Assembly: GCA_963422615.1 (NCBI GenBank)
Contig: OY730414.1
Coordinates: 434,001 to 498,000 of the forward strand
Origin: Longimicrobiales bacterium
GTDB lineage: Bacteria; Gemmatimonadota; Gemmatimonadetes; Longimicrobiales; Gaopeijiaceae
Length of the DNA: 64,000 nt
Direction: 5' to 3'
In this document: positions 10,420-19,285 of the stretch, in pieces
How positions within the stretch are numbered: position 1 is the stretch's first letter
Layout of the letters: every line of letters begins with the position of its first letter
Notes under the pieces: generated by a model
Database searches by the model: none
The model's input: the letters and a program-made list of their open reading frames with translations, nothing else
What the model was told of the DNA's origin: nothing
Translations under genes and position numbers: made by a program

Positions 10420-10767
10420 TCTCCGGGTGCCCGGGGCCTTGATCCGCGACACCGAATGGGTGATCCGGAGCGTGGACCAAGCTCCCGACGGGGGTACCAG
10501 TTGGTTCGCGACGGAATTCCCGAACTGGTCCGGGAACCGAAAGCCGTCTTCCTTAACCAGGCTGGAGTCGGAAGTGGAAGTTCTGGAACCACTTCCCCAC
10601 CCGCCTCACGCGGCTCAATCCTGTCGGCATCCAGCGGGAGCCGGATTCCGATCAGCCCACACCGTAGCCGCAACCGCATTGCCCGCCTGCTGGCCCGGCG
10701 ATCCGACACGCTGATCATGCTTTCCGCCACCCCCCACGACGGATCGGCGATGCGGCGGGAAGGGTGA
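10420..10767 (+). pseudogene. Frameshifted, internally deleted remnant of an SNF2/DEAD-box (RapA/DrmD-like) helicase
   Basis: Joining across three frame switches gives SPGAR/ALIRDTEWVIRSVDQAPDG/GYQLVRDGIPELVREPKAVFL/TRLESEVEVLEP. This is followed closely by RIARLLARRSDTLIMLSATPHDG (SF2 motif III) and a stop. Confidence 0.7.
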
Positions 10768-10906
10768 TTGCGGAGGCCGAACTCAGCAGCGCGTTGCGAT
10801 TCTTCTTCCCGAGCAAAGAATTGTTCGCAACGGATTTCCAGGTGGCTGGATGGCGCGTAATTCCGCCCACCGCTGATAATCTTATGGAAGCACTCGTTCG
10901 GATCTT

Positions 10907-13048
10907 ATGGAGAAACATTCGATGAAACGTCCACCCAGGCTGGCCATGTCCAGCGACTTCCTTTCGGCCTTCGCTCGGTTGCCAAAGCCGCAACAGGGGA
11001 AGTGTCGGAAGCTGATTTTCATGTTCAACTCCGATCCAGCTGCACCCGGACTGAACTACGAACTCATTCGCGATGTCGGCGACAGCAATATGCGTTCCTT
11101 GCGCATCGACAAGAGTTACCGCGCCATCGTCGTCAAGCCCCGACATGCCAACGTCCATGTGCTTCTTTGGGCGGACAAACACGACGACGCCTATGACTGG
11201 GCCGCGCGCCACGAATGCCGGATCAACCCGGAGACCGGGGCCCTGCAAGTGTACGCCCCCGATAACCGGTTACCGGAGGTCCAGATATCGCCGTCGGAAG
11301 AAGTAACGCCCTGGACGGATCCCGAGCCCCAGCCCGTCTTCCAGAACCTCAAGGATCGGCAACTGACCCGCCTGGGCGTTCCGACCGCCATGCTCGCCGA
11401 AGTCCGCACCGTCCGTCTCGAAGACGACCTGGACGTCATGAAACCCCGCCTGCCCGTGGAAGCCTACGAGTCCCTCTTCCTTTACTTGGCGGGGGAGAGC
11501 TACGAGAAACTCGTCCTGGATCGGGAACTCGCCGTTGGGCCGGTAGATCCAGATGATTTTTCCAAAGCCCTGGACCGAATCGAGTCCCGGACCCGCTTCG
11601 TCGTGGTCAAAGACGAAATGGAGCTGGAGGAGATGCTCAACGCGCCGCTGGAGCGGTGGCGCGTGTTCCTTCATTCGTCCCAGCGACGCCTGGTGGAACG
11701 GCACTGGCAGGGTCCGGTCCGCGTCCTGGGAGGCGCCGGAACCGGAAAGACGGTGGTCGCTATGCACCGGGCGCGCTGGCTGGCCCGGAATGCGGCGGAT
11801 CGCGGTCGCATTCTCTTCGTCACCTTTACTCGAAATCTTGCTACCGACATCGAAAACAACCTCAGGTCCGTTTGCTCCCCCGCCGAGATGGCGTGCATCG
11901 AAGTCACGAACCTGGACCGGTGGGTGACCACCTTCCTTCGCCAGCAGAATTATGATTTTCGAGTCATTTTCGGGCGCCACAAAAAGAGCTGGCAACAGTC
12001 TATCGCTTCCAAGGATCCGGACCTGAATCTCTCCAAGGCCTTCTACGAGGACGAATGGATCCGGGTCGTCCAGGCCAACGGAATTACCTCCGAAGCCGAC
12101 TACCTGCGGGTTCCCCGAGTCGGGCGTGGCACGCCGCTCATGGGCTCCGTCCGGGCTCGGGTGTGGCCCGTATTCGCCGAGTATCGAGCCATGCTCGCCA
12201 AAGAAGCAATCAAGGAGATAGACGACGCCTACGCCGATGCCGCGGCTTTGCTGAGCGGAAGGTCCTCTGCACCGAAATACGCGACGATCATCGTGGATGA
12301 GGCCCAGGACATGGGCACCCAGTCCTACCACTTGATCCGCAGCATGGCCGCCGTCGGATCAAACGACCTCTTCATTGTCGGCGACGGTCACCAGCGGATT
12401 TATGGCCGCAACAGGGTCGTCCTGAGCCGTTGCGGCATCAACATTCGGGGCCGTTCCCGAAAGTTGTGCCTGAATTACCGCACCACAGAGGAAACCCGAC
12501 GCTGGGCGGCCCGCCTTCTTGAAGGCCGCGACATCGACGATCTCGACGGCGGCCTCGACGAGAATCGGGGCTTCAAGTCCCTTACGCACGGTCCCGACCC
12601 GCACCTCGTTTGCCTGGAGTCCCAGGAGAAGCAGGCGGAGTTCATCGGCCAGTACCTGAGCGCCCTGTTGCAGCGGGGAACGCCGTTACGAAGCGTGTGC
12701 ATAGTTGCCCGAACCCGAAAGGAACGCAACGCCATAGCGAAAGGCCTGGACAAACAAGAGATCAAGTTTGTCAAACTCGAACAGGAAGTCCCGGATGACT
12801 CGGACGGCGACACCGTTCGACTTGCCACAATGCATCGGGTAAAGGGTCTTGAGTTCGACCACGTTGTGATGGCCAGCATAAACCGAAACCTTGTTCCGCT
12901 GCCAGCGGCGGTGAAGAACAAGAGCGACGACACGGCCCGGGAATCCGCCGAAACGGAAGAGAGGGCTTTGGTCTACGTGGCGGCGACCCGAGCGAAGAAG
13001 GAATTACTGGTCATCAGCTGGGGAAGGGGGAGTCGGTTTCTCGAATGA
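10907..13048 (+). CDS. UvrD-like SF1 DNA helicase with an N-terminal RelE/ParE-like domain
   Basis: Helicase motifs GGAGTGKT, VDEAQD, VGDGHQRIY, LNYRT, TMHRVKGLEF and YVAATRAK. The N-terminus (FLSAFARL..PGLNYELI..RSLRIDKSYRAIV..HDDAY) resembles a RelE fold. Confidence 0.88.
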   Translation: MEKHSMKRPPRLAMSSDFLSAFARLPKPQQGKCRKLIFMFNSDPAAPGLNYELIRDVGDSNMRSLRIDKSYRAIVVKPRHANVHVLLWADKHDDAYDWAARHECRINPETGALQVYAPDNRLPEVQISPSEEVTPWTDPEPQPVFQNLKDRQLTRLGVPTAMLAEVRTVRLEDDLDVMKPRLPVEAYESLFLYLAGESYEKLVLDRELAVGPVDPDDFSKALDRIESRTRFVVVKDEMELEEMLNAPLERWRVFLHSSQRRLVERHWQGPVRVLGGAGTGKTVVAMHRARWLARNAADRGRILFVTFTRNLATDIENNLRSVCSPAEMACIEVTNLDRWVTTFLRQQNYDFRVIFGRHKKSWQQSIASKDPDLNLSKAFYEDEWIRVVQANGITSEADYLRVPRVGRGTPLMGSVRARVWPVFAEYRAMLAKEAIKEIDDAYADAAALLSGRSSAPKYATIIVDEAQDMGTQSYHLIRSMAAVGSNDLFIVGDGHQRIYGRNRVVLSRCGINIRGRSRKLCLNYRTTEETRRWAARLLEGRDIDDLDGGLDENRGFKSLTHGPDPHLVCLESQEKQAEFIGQYLSALLQRGTPLRSVCIVARTRKERNAIAKGLDKQEIKFVKLEQEVPDDSDGDTVRLATMHRVKGLEFDHVVMASINRNLVPLPAAVKNKSDDTARESAETEERALVYVAATRAKKELLVISWGRGSRFLE

Positions 13049-13281
13049 TCGACGCCCCGCACTCCGGATGATCCATCTTCCTCCGGCCGTTCATCCAATT
13101 GGTGATCATGAGAACCTCGAAAGGTTCCACCCGCTAGGCCGTCTTCGAACCGACCTGGTCTAGTCGATCATCTTCAGGGCCGGAATTCCAGGTTCCCCAC
13201 TCGTCCGGATCCAACGAGCGAAAGGTCACATTTCTGTGTCCCATCTCAACAGACAAGGACAGAACGAACGTTCGGGGCGGT

Positions 13282-13968
13282 TCAGTCCGACTTGAACCCA
13301 CTCCGGCGGTGGGTCCCGTCGCAGAAAGGCTTGGTGGAAGACGCACCGCAACGGCAAAGCGCCCCTTTGTCCCCCCTGGAGACCTTGCCGTCCGCGGCCG
13401 CAACCGTGAGGGAGCCCCGAACCAGCAACGGACCATCTGCAACACAGGTAACGACCAAGACCTCCCCAGCCGCGTCTTCGGATTCCCCCGCTCCGCTCTC
13501 GGCCGGAATCAGGCGGCCACCTTCGATCATGCCCGGGTCGGTGAAGCCGGTTTCAGCGTGGGTATTGTCGCAGAAAGGCTTGTTCTTCGAAGCGCCGCAC
13601 CGGCAAAGGGCGGCTCGATTCATGCGTAAAACCTGGTTACCCGGCAGATCAATCCGGATCCTTCCAGATACATAGAGAGGCCCGCTGGGCGCGATCTTGG
13701 CCACGCTGTCCTTCGGGCTTCCTTCGGGCGGCCCTCCGTCCAGTCGTCGGTAGGTAAGGGCCCCGCTGGGACACCGCTCAATGACTTCGGCGATGGTCCC
13801 GGCGTCGGCCCGGGCGGGGTCCACCCACGGATGTCGATTGGGGGCGAAGACGCCACCGTGTCCCTTGACGCACTCGGCCGCGTGTATGCAGCGCTTCACG
13901 TCATATTCAACGACGATATCGCTCCCCCGGTAGGAGAGCTTGCGGGGACCAGCTTCGGGGTCTGACAT
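13282..13968 (-). CDS. CDGSH iron-sulfur protein with an N-terminal ferredoxin-like (Fer4_19/DUF1271) domain
   Basis: CIHAAEC...CPSGAL, plus two CDGSH-type motifs CRCGASKNKPFCDNTH and CRCGASSTKPFCDGTH. Confidence 0.88.
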   Translation of the reverse strand: MSDPEAGPRKLSYRGSDIVVEYDVKRCIHAAECVKGHGGVFAPNRHPWVDPARADAGTIAEVIERCPSGALTYRRLDGGPPEGSPKDSVAKIAPSGPLYVSGRIRIDLPGNQVLRMNRAALCRCGASKNKPFCDNTHAETGFTDPGMIEGGRLIPAESGAGESEDAAGEVLVVTCVADGPLLVRGSLTVAAADGKVSRGDKGALCRCGASSTKPFCDGTHRRSGFKSD

Positions 13969-14031
13969 GGTCAAAACATATAGGTCGGAGCTGCCCGTGG
14001 GAAGGTCCCGGCGACGAGGCCCAAGAGGCTC

Positions 14032-15735
14032 CTACATCCGCCGGTAACGGGGCCCGCTTCCCCCTTCGCGGGGGCGCCATCGGGGACCAAGGATATCGGT
14101 TGCCTTGCAGTCGATGCAGTTTGCGGGGTTCACAACCAAGCGATCTCCTTCCCGCTCGTAGACGCCTGCCGGGCACAGGTGAACGTACATCTCCACGGCC
14201 TCCGGGGGCAGGGTTTCCGCTATGGACAAGTGCGAAGGAATATCGTCCCGGGTCCGGTTTCCGCTCCTGTAAACCGCATCCACCTTGGACACGGCCAGGG
14301 AACCGGAAGCATCCACCGGCGTCCCCAGCAGATGCTTGGCCTCGGAAGCATCGCTCCCCGTCCGGATCAACCCGCCCGGAAACCACCCGCCCGTAAGGGT
14401 AGCCAGGCCGGCCTTCAGCGCCCCCGTGTAAAAACCATTCTTGAACGGAAGTCTCAGGTTCCGCCTGCGCTTCAAGTCGTCCACGATGAACGAGCCATTG
14501 ACGGAGCTCGTGTACGGAGCCAGCCCCCGGGCCGACACATCGTCGGCCTTGAGGGCTCCGTAGATGGCGCGGGCCGCGAGGATTCCCGAGTACATGGCGT
14601 AGTGGATGCCCTTGAGGGACGGCACGTCCACGTATCCGGCAGCATCACCGGTAATGCAGATTCCACCGCCGTGGGACCGCGCGGGTAACGAATAGTACCC
14701 CCCTTCCGGAATCGTCTTCGCCCCCCACTCCAGCAACCGGCCCCCTTCCAGGATGTTGCGGAAGAGGGAGTGGTGCTTGAGACGCTGGAGCTGACCGTGC
14801 ACATCCAAGCGAGCGTTGGCATAATCCAGGCTGACGACCAGGCCCAGAGCCACCAGGCGATCGTCCAAGGGGTACGCAAAGGAGCCTCCGAAGCCGTCTT
14901 TCAGGAGGGGCCAGCCCACGGTGTGGAGCACTCGGTCGAGGGGCTTGTCGACCTCCCACAGCTCCTTTACCCCCAGGGAGTAGATCTGGGGATTGGCCGA
15001 TTCGATCCCCTGCCAGTTCAAGTAGGCCTGGGACAGGGCCCCGCGGGTGCCCTCGCACAGGACGGTGACCCGGGCAGCGACGTCCACCGCCGGCATGAAG
15101 TTCGGGCCGTCCGGCCGACCCTTCCGATCCAGCCCGGAAGGGGTGGTGCGCACACCAACCACATCTTGTCCATCTACGAGAAGACTAGCCACCGGGAATC
15201 CAGGCAAAATAGCGACCCCCAATTCTTCGGCCCGCTCCCCCAGCCAGCGCACGACCTCGCAAATGGATGCGACGTAGTTCCCCCGGTTCCGCATGGTGGG
15301 GGGCGTGGGAATGCGGGAGGCACCGCGCTCGCGCAAAAAGTACACGGCTTCCCGCTCGACAGACCGTCTGAAAGGAAAGTCGGCGTCCGGCCTCCCTGGG
15401 AAGAGCGCCCGAAACGATCGCGGGTTGATCACCGCCCCGGACAGGTTGTGTTCTCCAAGCCCCTCCGCCTTCTCAAGTACGCCGATTTCGATGTCGGCCG
15501 GCCAGTCGCCCGCTTCATTTCCGGCTTTCACCAAGCGCGCCAGCTCAATGGCGCCCGCCAGCCCGGCCGGTCCGGCACCCACGAACACGACATCCATCGG
15601 CACGGCCTCTGCGTCCGGGGTCTCCGGGAGGATGAATCGGTCCGTTTGCAGCTCGGGCTGGTGCCGGGCCGGATACACGACTCCGGCTGGCTCCGTCACG
15701 CTCGCCAACAAGGGTTCCTTAGGCATCTTCGGCAT
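14032..15735 (-). CDS. Electron transfer flavoprotein-ubiquinone oxidoreductase (ETF-QO)
   Basis: FAD motif VGAGPAGLA, LSGAV, GVKELW, GAKTIPEGG, KGIHYAM and C-terminal CPAGVYE..NCIDCK. Confidence 0.9.
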   Translation of the reverse strand: MPKMPKEPLLASVTEPAGVVYPARHQPELQTDRFILPETPDAEAVPMDVVFVGAGPAGLAGAIELARLVKAGNEAGDWPADIEIGVLEKAEGLGEHNLSGAVINPRSFRALFPGRPDADFPFRRSVEREAVYFLRERGASRIPTPPTMRNRGNYVASICEVVRWLGERAEELGVAILPGFPVASLLVDGQDVVGVRTTPSGLDRKGRPDGPNFMPAVDVAARVTVLCEGTRGALSQAYLNWQGIESANPQIYSLGVKELWEVDKPLDRVLHTVGWPLLKDGFGGSFAYPLDDRLVALGLVVSLDYANARLDVHGQLQRLKHHSLFRNILEGGRLLEWGAKTIPEGGYYSLPARSHGGGICITGDAAGYVDVPSLKGIHYAMYSGILAARAIYGALKADDVSARGLAPYTSSVNGSFIVDDLKRRRNLRLPFKNGFYTGALKAGLATLTGGWFPGGLIRTGSDASEAKHLLGTPVDASGSLAVSKVDAVYRSGNRTRDDIPSHLSIAETLPPEAVEMYVHLCPAGVYEREGDRLVVNPANCIDCKATDILGPRWRPREGGSGPRYRRM

Positions 15736-15771
15736 CCTCTACCTCTACGTTGATCACGTATATTCGTGGAA

Positions 15772-16917
15772 TCAATCATACGGACCCCGGGTTGCCACCT
15801 GGCAGCAGTCCCGAAGCCACGCCGCGAGCCGAGCTCCGATCTTCTGTTGGGCGACCGGGAGCGCCCGGCTGTCCAGGTCGTGGGGATCGGCTCGGACAGC
15901 CTGTTTCTTGGGGAGGTGAAGCTGGCGGAGCGCTTGCTCCCCGCACCGGACGACCACTGGGTGATAGACTGCCCGCAAGTGGGTGAACGCATGCCTTACG
16001 GGGGCCAGCCGACCCGCCATCTTGCCGCTGACACCCAGTTCCGCCAGGCGCTTCAGGGCAGCCGTCTCTACGTTGGAATCTTCCAGGCCGGAGCCTCCGC
16101 CCGACCCCCCGGGCCTTTTCGATTCGGGGAGGAGTTCCACCGCCGGAAACTCCCACATTCCTGCCAGGAGCCCCGTCTCCGGGCGCTTGACCAGGAGCGA
16201 CCGACCTTGGGGGTCGACGGGAACGGCGGTGGCGTAGTCGGTCCGGGGGATCTTTCGAGGTGGGCGGGGGGCCGGACGATGCGCGACCGTACCTTCCTTC
16301 CTCGCCTCGCAGTGGCGGGCCACCGGGCAGTCCCCGCACCGGGGAGCCCGGGGAGTACACACTGTCGCTCCCAGTTCCATCATGGCTTCGTTGAAGTCGC
16401 CGGGCCGCGCCGGGTCAAGAAGCCGGGTGGCTTCCTCCCGGAGCCGAGAAGCCGACGGACGTTCAGCGTCCAGAAGTCGGGCCAGGACTCGCCGGACGTT
16501 GCCGTCCACCGCCGGAGCGCACAGACCGAAGGCGATGCTCCCCACCGCTCCCGCCGTGTATTCCCCGACCCCGGGAAGGGTCATGAGCACCGCCGGACTC
16601 CGGGGCAGGCAACCTTGATAGCGGTCCCGAACGATTGCGGCGGTCCGGTGCAGATTCCTTGCCCGGGCGTAGTATCCCAGCCCCTTCCAGGCCAGCAACA
16701 CCTCTTCTGTGGACGCCCCCGCCAGCGCGTTCCAGTCCGGAAAGCGTCGCAGCCAGGGCTCGTAGTAGGCCAATACGGTGGAGGCGCGGGTCTGCTGGAG
16801 CATGAACTCGGACACGAGCACCCGGTAGGGGGTCCGGTCGAACCGCCAGGGAAAGTTCCGGCGGGTCCGATCGAAATGGGCGAGAAGCGCGCTTCGGAAA
16901 CCCCGGACTTTCCTCAC
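15772..16917 (-). CDS. mutY: A/G-specific adenine glycosylase
   Basis: Motifs VSEFMLQQT, WKGLGYYARARNL, LPGVGEYTA, VDGNVRRV, Fe-S motif CTPRAPRCGDCPVARHC and GMWEFP. Confidence 0.93.
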   Translation of the reverse strand: MRKVRGFRSALLAHFDRTRRNFPWRFDRTPYRVLVSEFMLQQTRASTVLAYYEPWLRRFPDWNALAGASTEEVLLAWKGLGYYARARNLHRTAAIVRDRYQGCLPRSPAVLMTLPGVGEYTAGAVGSIAFGLCAPAVDGNVRRVLARLLDAERPSASRLREEATRLLDPARPGDFNEAMMELGATVCTPRAPRCGDCPVARHCEARKEGTVAHRPAPRPPRKIPRTDYATAVPVDPQGRSLLVKRPETGLLAGMWEFPAVELLPESKRPGGSGGGSGLEDSNVETAALKRLAELGVSGKMAGRLAPVRHAFTHLRAVYHPVVVRCGEQALRQLHLPKKQAVRADPHDLDSRALPVAQQKIGARLAAWLRDCCQVATRGPYD

Positions 16918-16922
16918 GCCCC

Positions 16923-18275
16923 CTACGTCACCCCCTCCAACACGCTCGGATTCACGGCCCCGGCCCGCCTGGCCCTCAACTCCGGCATGACATCCCTAAG
17001 AGAGAACCGTTGCAGGAACAGCCCCTCCACCGTCAGCCCGAAGACCGCCAGGCCGACACCCAGAACCGCCCCCTGTGGACCTGCGCCGCGAAAGTGGAAG
17101 AAGAGGGCGGCGGCGAGTATGCTTGCCACTCGCAGAACCGCGCCGACCCCGACGACGACGGTTCTCCCGGAGCGAACGAAGAGGCCCTGGTAGTACTGGC
17201 GCAGCCCGTAAAGGACGGGGTATGCCGCAGCGAGGGGGAGCGCCGGACCCGCAAGGGCAACCAAGGTGGGCTCCAGAGCAAACAAGGTGTGGAAGAGGGG
17301 TTCCCGAATCGCCGGAAGCGACAGGAACAGCAGCACACCCGTCGTGGCCAAGGCCACTGCACCACCCCAGGTTCGAACTCGCCTGTGGGTCTCCGAGCAC
17401 TTCACCAGGGCGATGCTGGCGTGCTGCAGCTGGCCCACCGGCGCCGCGATGAACCAACCGACGGCCTCCACGACGGCGAAGGCCGCCAGCGCCGGATTCG
17501 GGTTGGTGGTTCGGGCCAGTACGGCGTTGATGATCAGAGGTGTGGCCCACCACAGGAGCACGTTGAGCATCAGGGGCGCCGAAAACCGGGCCACGTTCTC
17601 GTCGTCCGCCTGGGCGTCCTTCCGCTCCAGCTGGATGTTGGGGGTGGGCGCCCACATGACCACCAGCGTCTCTACGACCAGACCCGCCGTAAAGGCCGCA
17701 GCTCCGAGCCACGCTCCTCCCCCCGTCCCCGCCAGCCCAAAGGCCACCACCGCCAGAATCCCGGTCCGCCCACCGGTCGCAAAGGCAATGGGTCGGGTTC
17801 GGTGACCTGCCACGAGTCGCCCCTGGTGCGCCGCCCGGGCGGCGGTCAGAAAGGGCACCGGCCAGAGGAAGCCCATGGCCCGAGCGGCCTCGTCCAGTAC
17901 CTGGGGCCCCACGGCCACGACCCTGGCGAACACCAGACTTCCTGCGTCGGTATAGGCGATGAGGGCCCCGACGAGAGAAAAGAAGGCGCCCGTCAGGTAC
18001 GCAAAGCGCTTGACGGGCGAAAAGGAGGCCCCGCCCAGGAGCCGGGCTGCCGCCACCTGCTGAACCACCAGCAGGGGAGCGTAGAGGACGCCGCAGACGG
18101 CAAAGGCGACGCTGTATCCGGCGAGGGCGGTCGTGGGATCGGACGACCGGGCCAAGGCCGCCGCCAGGATGGGGTTGGTGGCCGTGAGCAGAAGACTCGT
18201 CGCCGCCAGGGGAGCGTAGAAACGCGCGAATCCGCGCGAAGTAATCAGCGTTGCCCCGGAGTCGGAATCCTTCAA
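16923..18275 (-). CDS. MATE/MOP-like multi-pass membrane protein
   Basis: About 12 hydrophobic helices with an internal two-fold repeat (ARFYAPL..NPILAAALAR versus ARFSAPL..LIINAVLAR). Confidence 0.65.
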   Translation of the reverse strand: MKDSDSGATLITSRGFARFYAPLAATSLLLTATNPILAAALARSSDPTTALAGYSVAFAVCGVLYAPLLVVQQVAAARLLGGASFSPVKRFAYLTGAFFSLVGALIAYTDAGSLVFARVVAVGPQVLDEAARAMGFLWPVPFLTAARAAHQGRLVAGHRTRPIAFATGGRTGILAVVAFGLAGTGGGAWLGAAAFTAGLVVETLVVMWAPTPNIQLERKDAQADDENVARFSAPLMLNVLLWWATPLIINAVLARTTNPNPALAAFAVVEAVGWFIAAPVGQLQHASIALVKCSETHRRVRTWGGAVALATTGVLLFLSLPAIREPLFHTLFALEPTLVALAGPALPLAAAYPVLYGLRQYYQGLFVRSGRTVVVGVGAVLRVASILAAALFFHFRGAGPQGAVLGVGLAVFGLTVEGLFLQRFSLRDVMPELRARRAGAVNPSVLEGVT

Positions 18276-18559
18276 CCGGTCCTGCCCCGGAGAGAATCAG
18301 CCAGAACTTCCGAGATTTCGATCGCCTCGTCGATGAGCATGATGGGGATGCCTTCGCGGACTGGGTACAGGACTCGCCCGTCTTTCCGCAGCAGGCCTTC
18401 AACCACGGGAGACATCACGGCCTTGCCGTCCCGGGTCCTCACCCCGCCATCCTCGATGGCGGCGTTCAGGCGATCCAGTACGTCGGCGTCCGCTTCGGCC
18501 AGCGGCTCCCGGGTCTCCGGACACACCAAGATGTCGAGAAGCTCTTGATCAAGAGGCAT
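18272..18559 (-). CDS. Trm112 family protein
   Basis: LDQELLDILVCP...LYPVREGIPIMLIDEA. ATG at 18559; the stop overlaps the next start. Confidence 0.88.
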   Translation of the reverse strand: MPLDQELLDILVCPETREPLAEADADVLDRLNAAIEDGGVRTRDGKAVMSPVVEGLLRKDGRVLYPVREGIPIMLIDEAIEISEVLADSLRGRTG

Positions 18560-18652
18560 GGGCACTCCCTGTTTGTGTCCTGGCCGCCATGTTCTTGCCC
18601 CATCGGCGCGCTCCATGCATGTTGTTCCATGTCGGCCGACCAAGCAAGAAAT

Positions 18653-19204
18653 ATGCATCCTTCGAGACTTCACCGGGTACCCTTTCCCTCGGCAGCGACC
18701 AGCCTGGCGGCCGTTGCCGGGTTCGGACTGGCCTGTGGTTCGGGAAACGGCAACAACATGCCTCCGGCAGAGGCCGTCGGGAACGCTCCCGCCGCGGTGG
18801 CGAATCAGGTTGTCGCCCGCCCGGCTCCTGGAAGGGCGTGGGTGATCTTCGGATCCGACACCGTAGACGCCGAGGTGGCCAGCGTCCCCGCCCAGCGGGA
18901 GCAAGGCTTGATGGACCGGGACGCTGTACCGGATGGAACGGGGATGCTTTTCGTCTTCCCGGAAAGCGAGCATCGATCCTTCTGGATGAGAAACACGCAT
19001 GTCCCCCTGGACATCGCCTTCTTTGACGACAGCTACCGGATCATGAGCATCAAGCAGATGGAGCCATTGAGCGAAACCCTGACCGATTCGGATGCCCCGA
19101 CAGCATTGGTCCTGGAGGTCCGCCAGGGCTGGTTCCGGGAACGCGGGATCGGCCCGGGCTGGGAGGCGGGCGTGGTCTTCGGCCCGGGCTTGACGTTGCG
19201 CTGA
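18653..19204 (+). CDS. DUF192 domain protein, probable lipoprotein
   Basis: Motifs AEVA..REQGLM.R..GMLFVF..FWMRNTHVPLDIAF..VLEV, with lipobox-like GLAC. Confidence 0.85.
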   Translation: MHPSRLHRVPFPSAATSLAAVAGFGLACGSGNGNNMPPAEAVGNAPAAVANQVVARPAPGRAWVIFGSDTVDAEVASVPAQREQGLMDRDAVPDGTGMLFVFPESEHRSFWMRNTHVPLDIAFFDDSYRIMSIKQMEPLSETLTDSDAPTALVLEVRQGWFRERGIGPGWEAGVVFGPGLTLR

Positions 19205-19285
19205 CAGCCGTCCGGGCACCTTGATCCTTCCGCACCCTTCCCGCCTTTTATCAACGCCGTCAACACGCCCTCCTAATTCGACCCG

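Noticed and set aside
10336..10767. 143-aa ORF as an intact gene coupled to sucA
   Set aside because: Only parts of it are helicase-like, with the rest of the homology in another frame; treated as a pseudogene.
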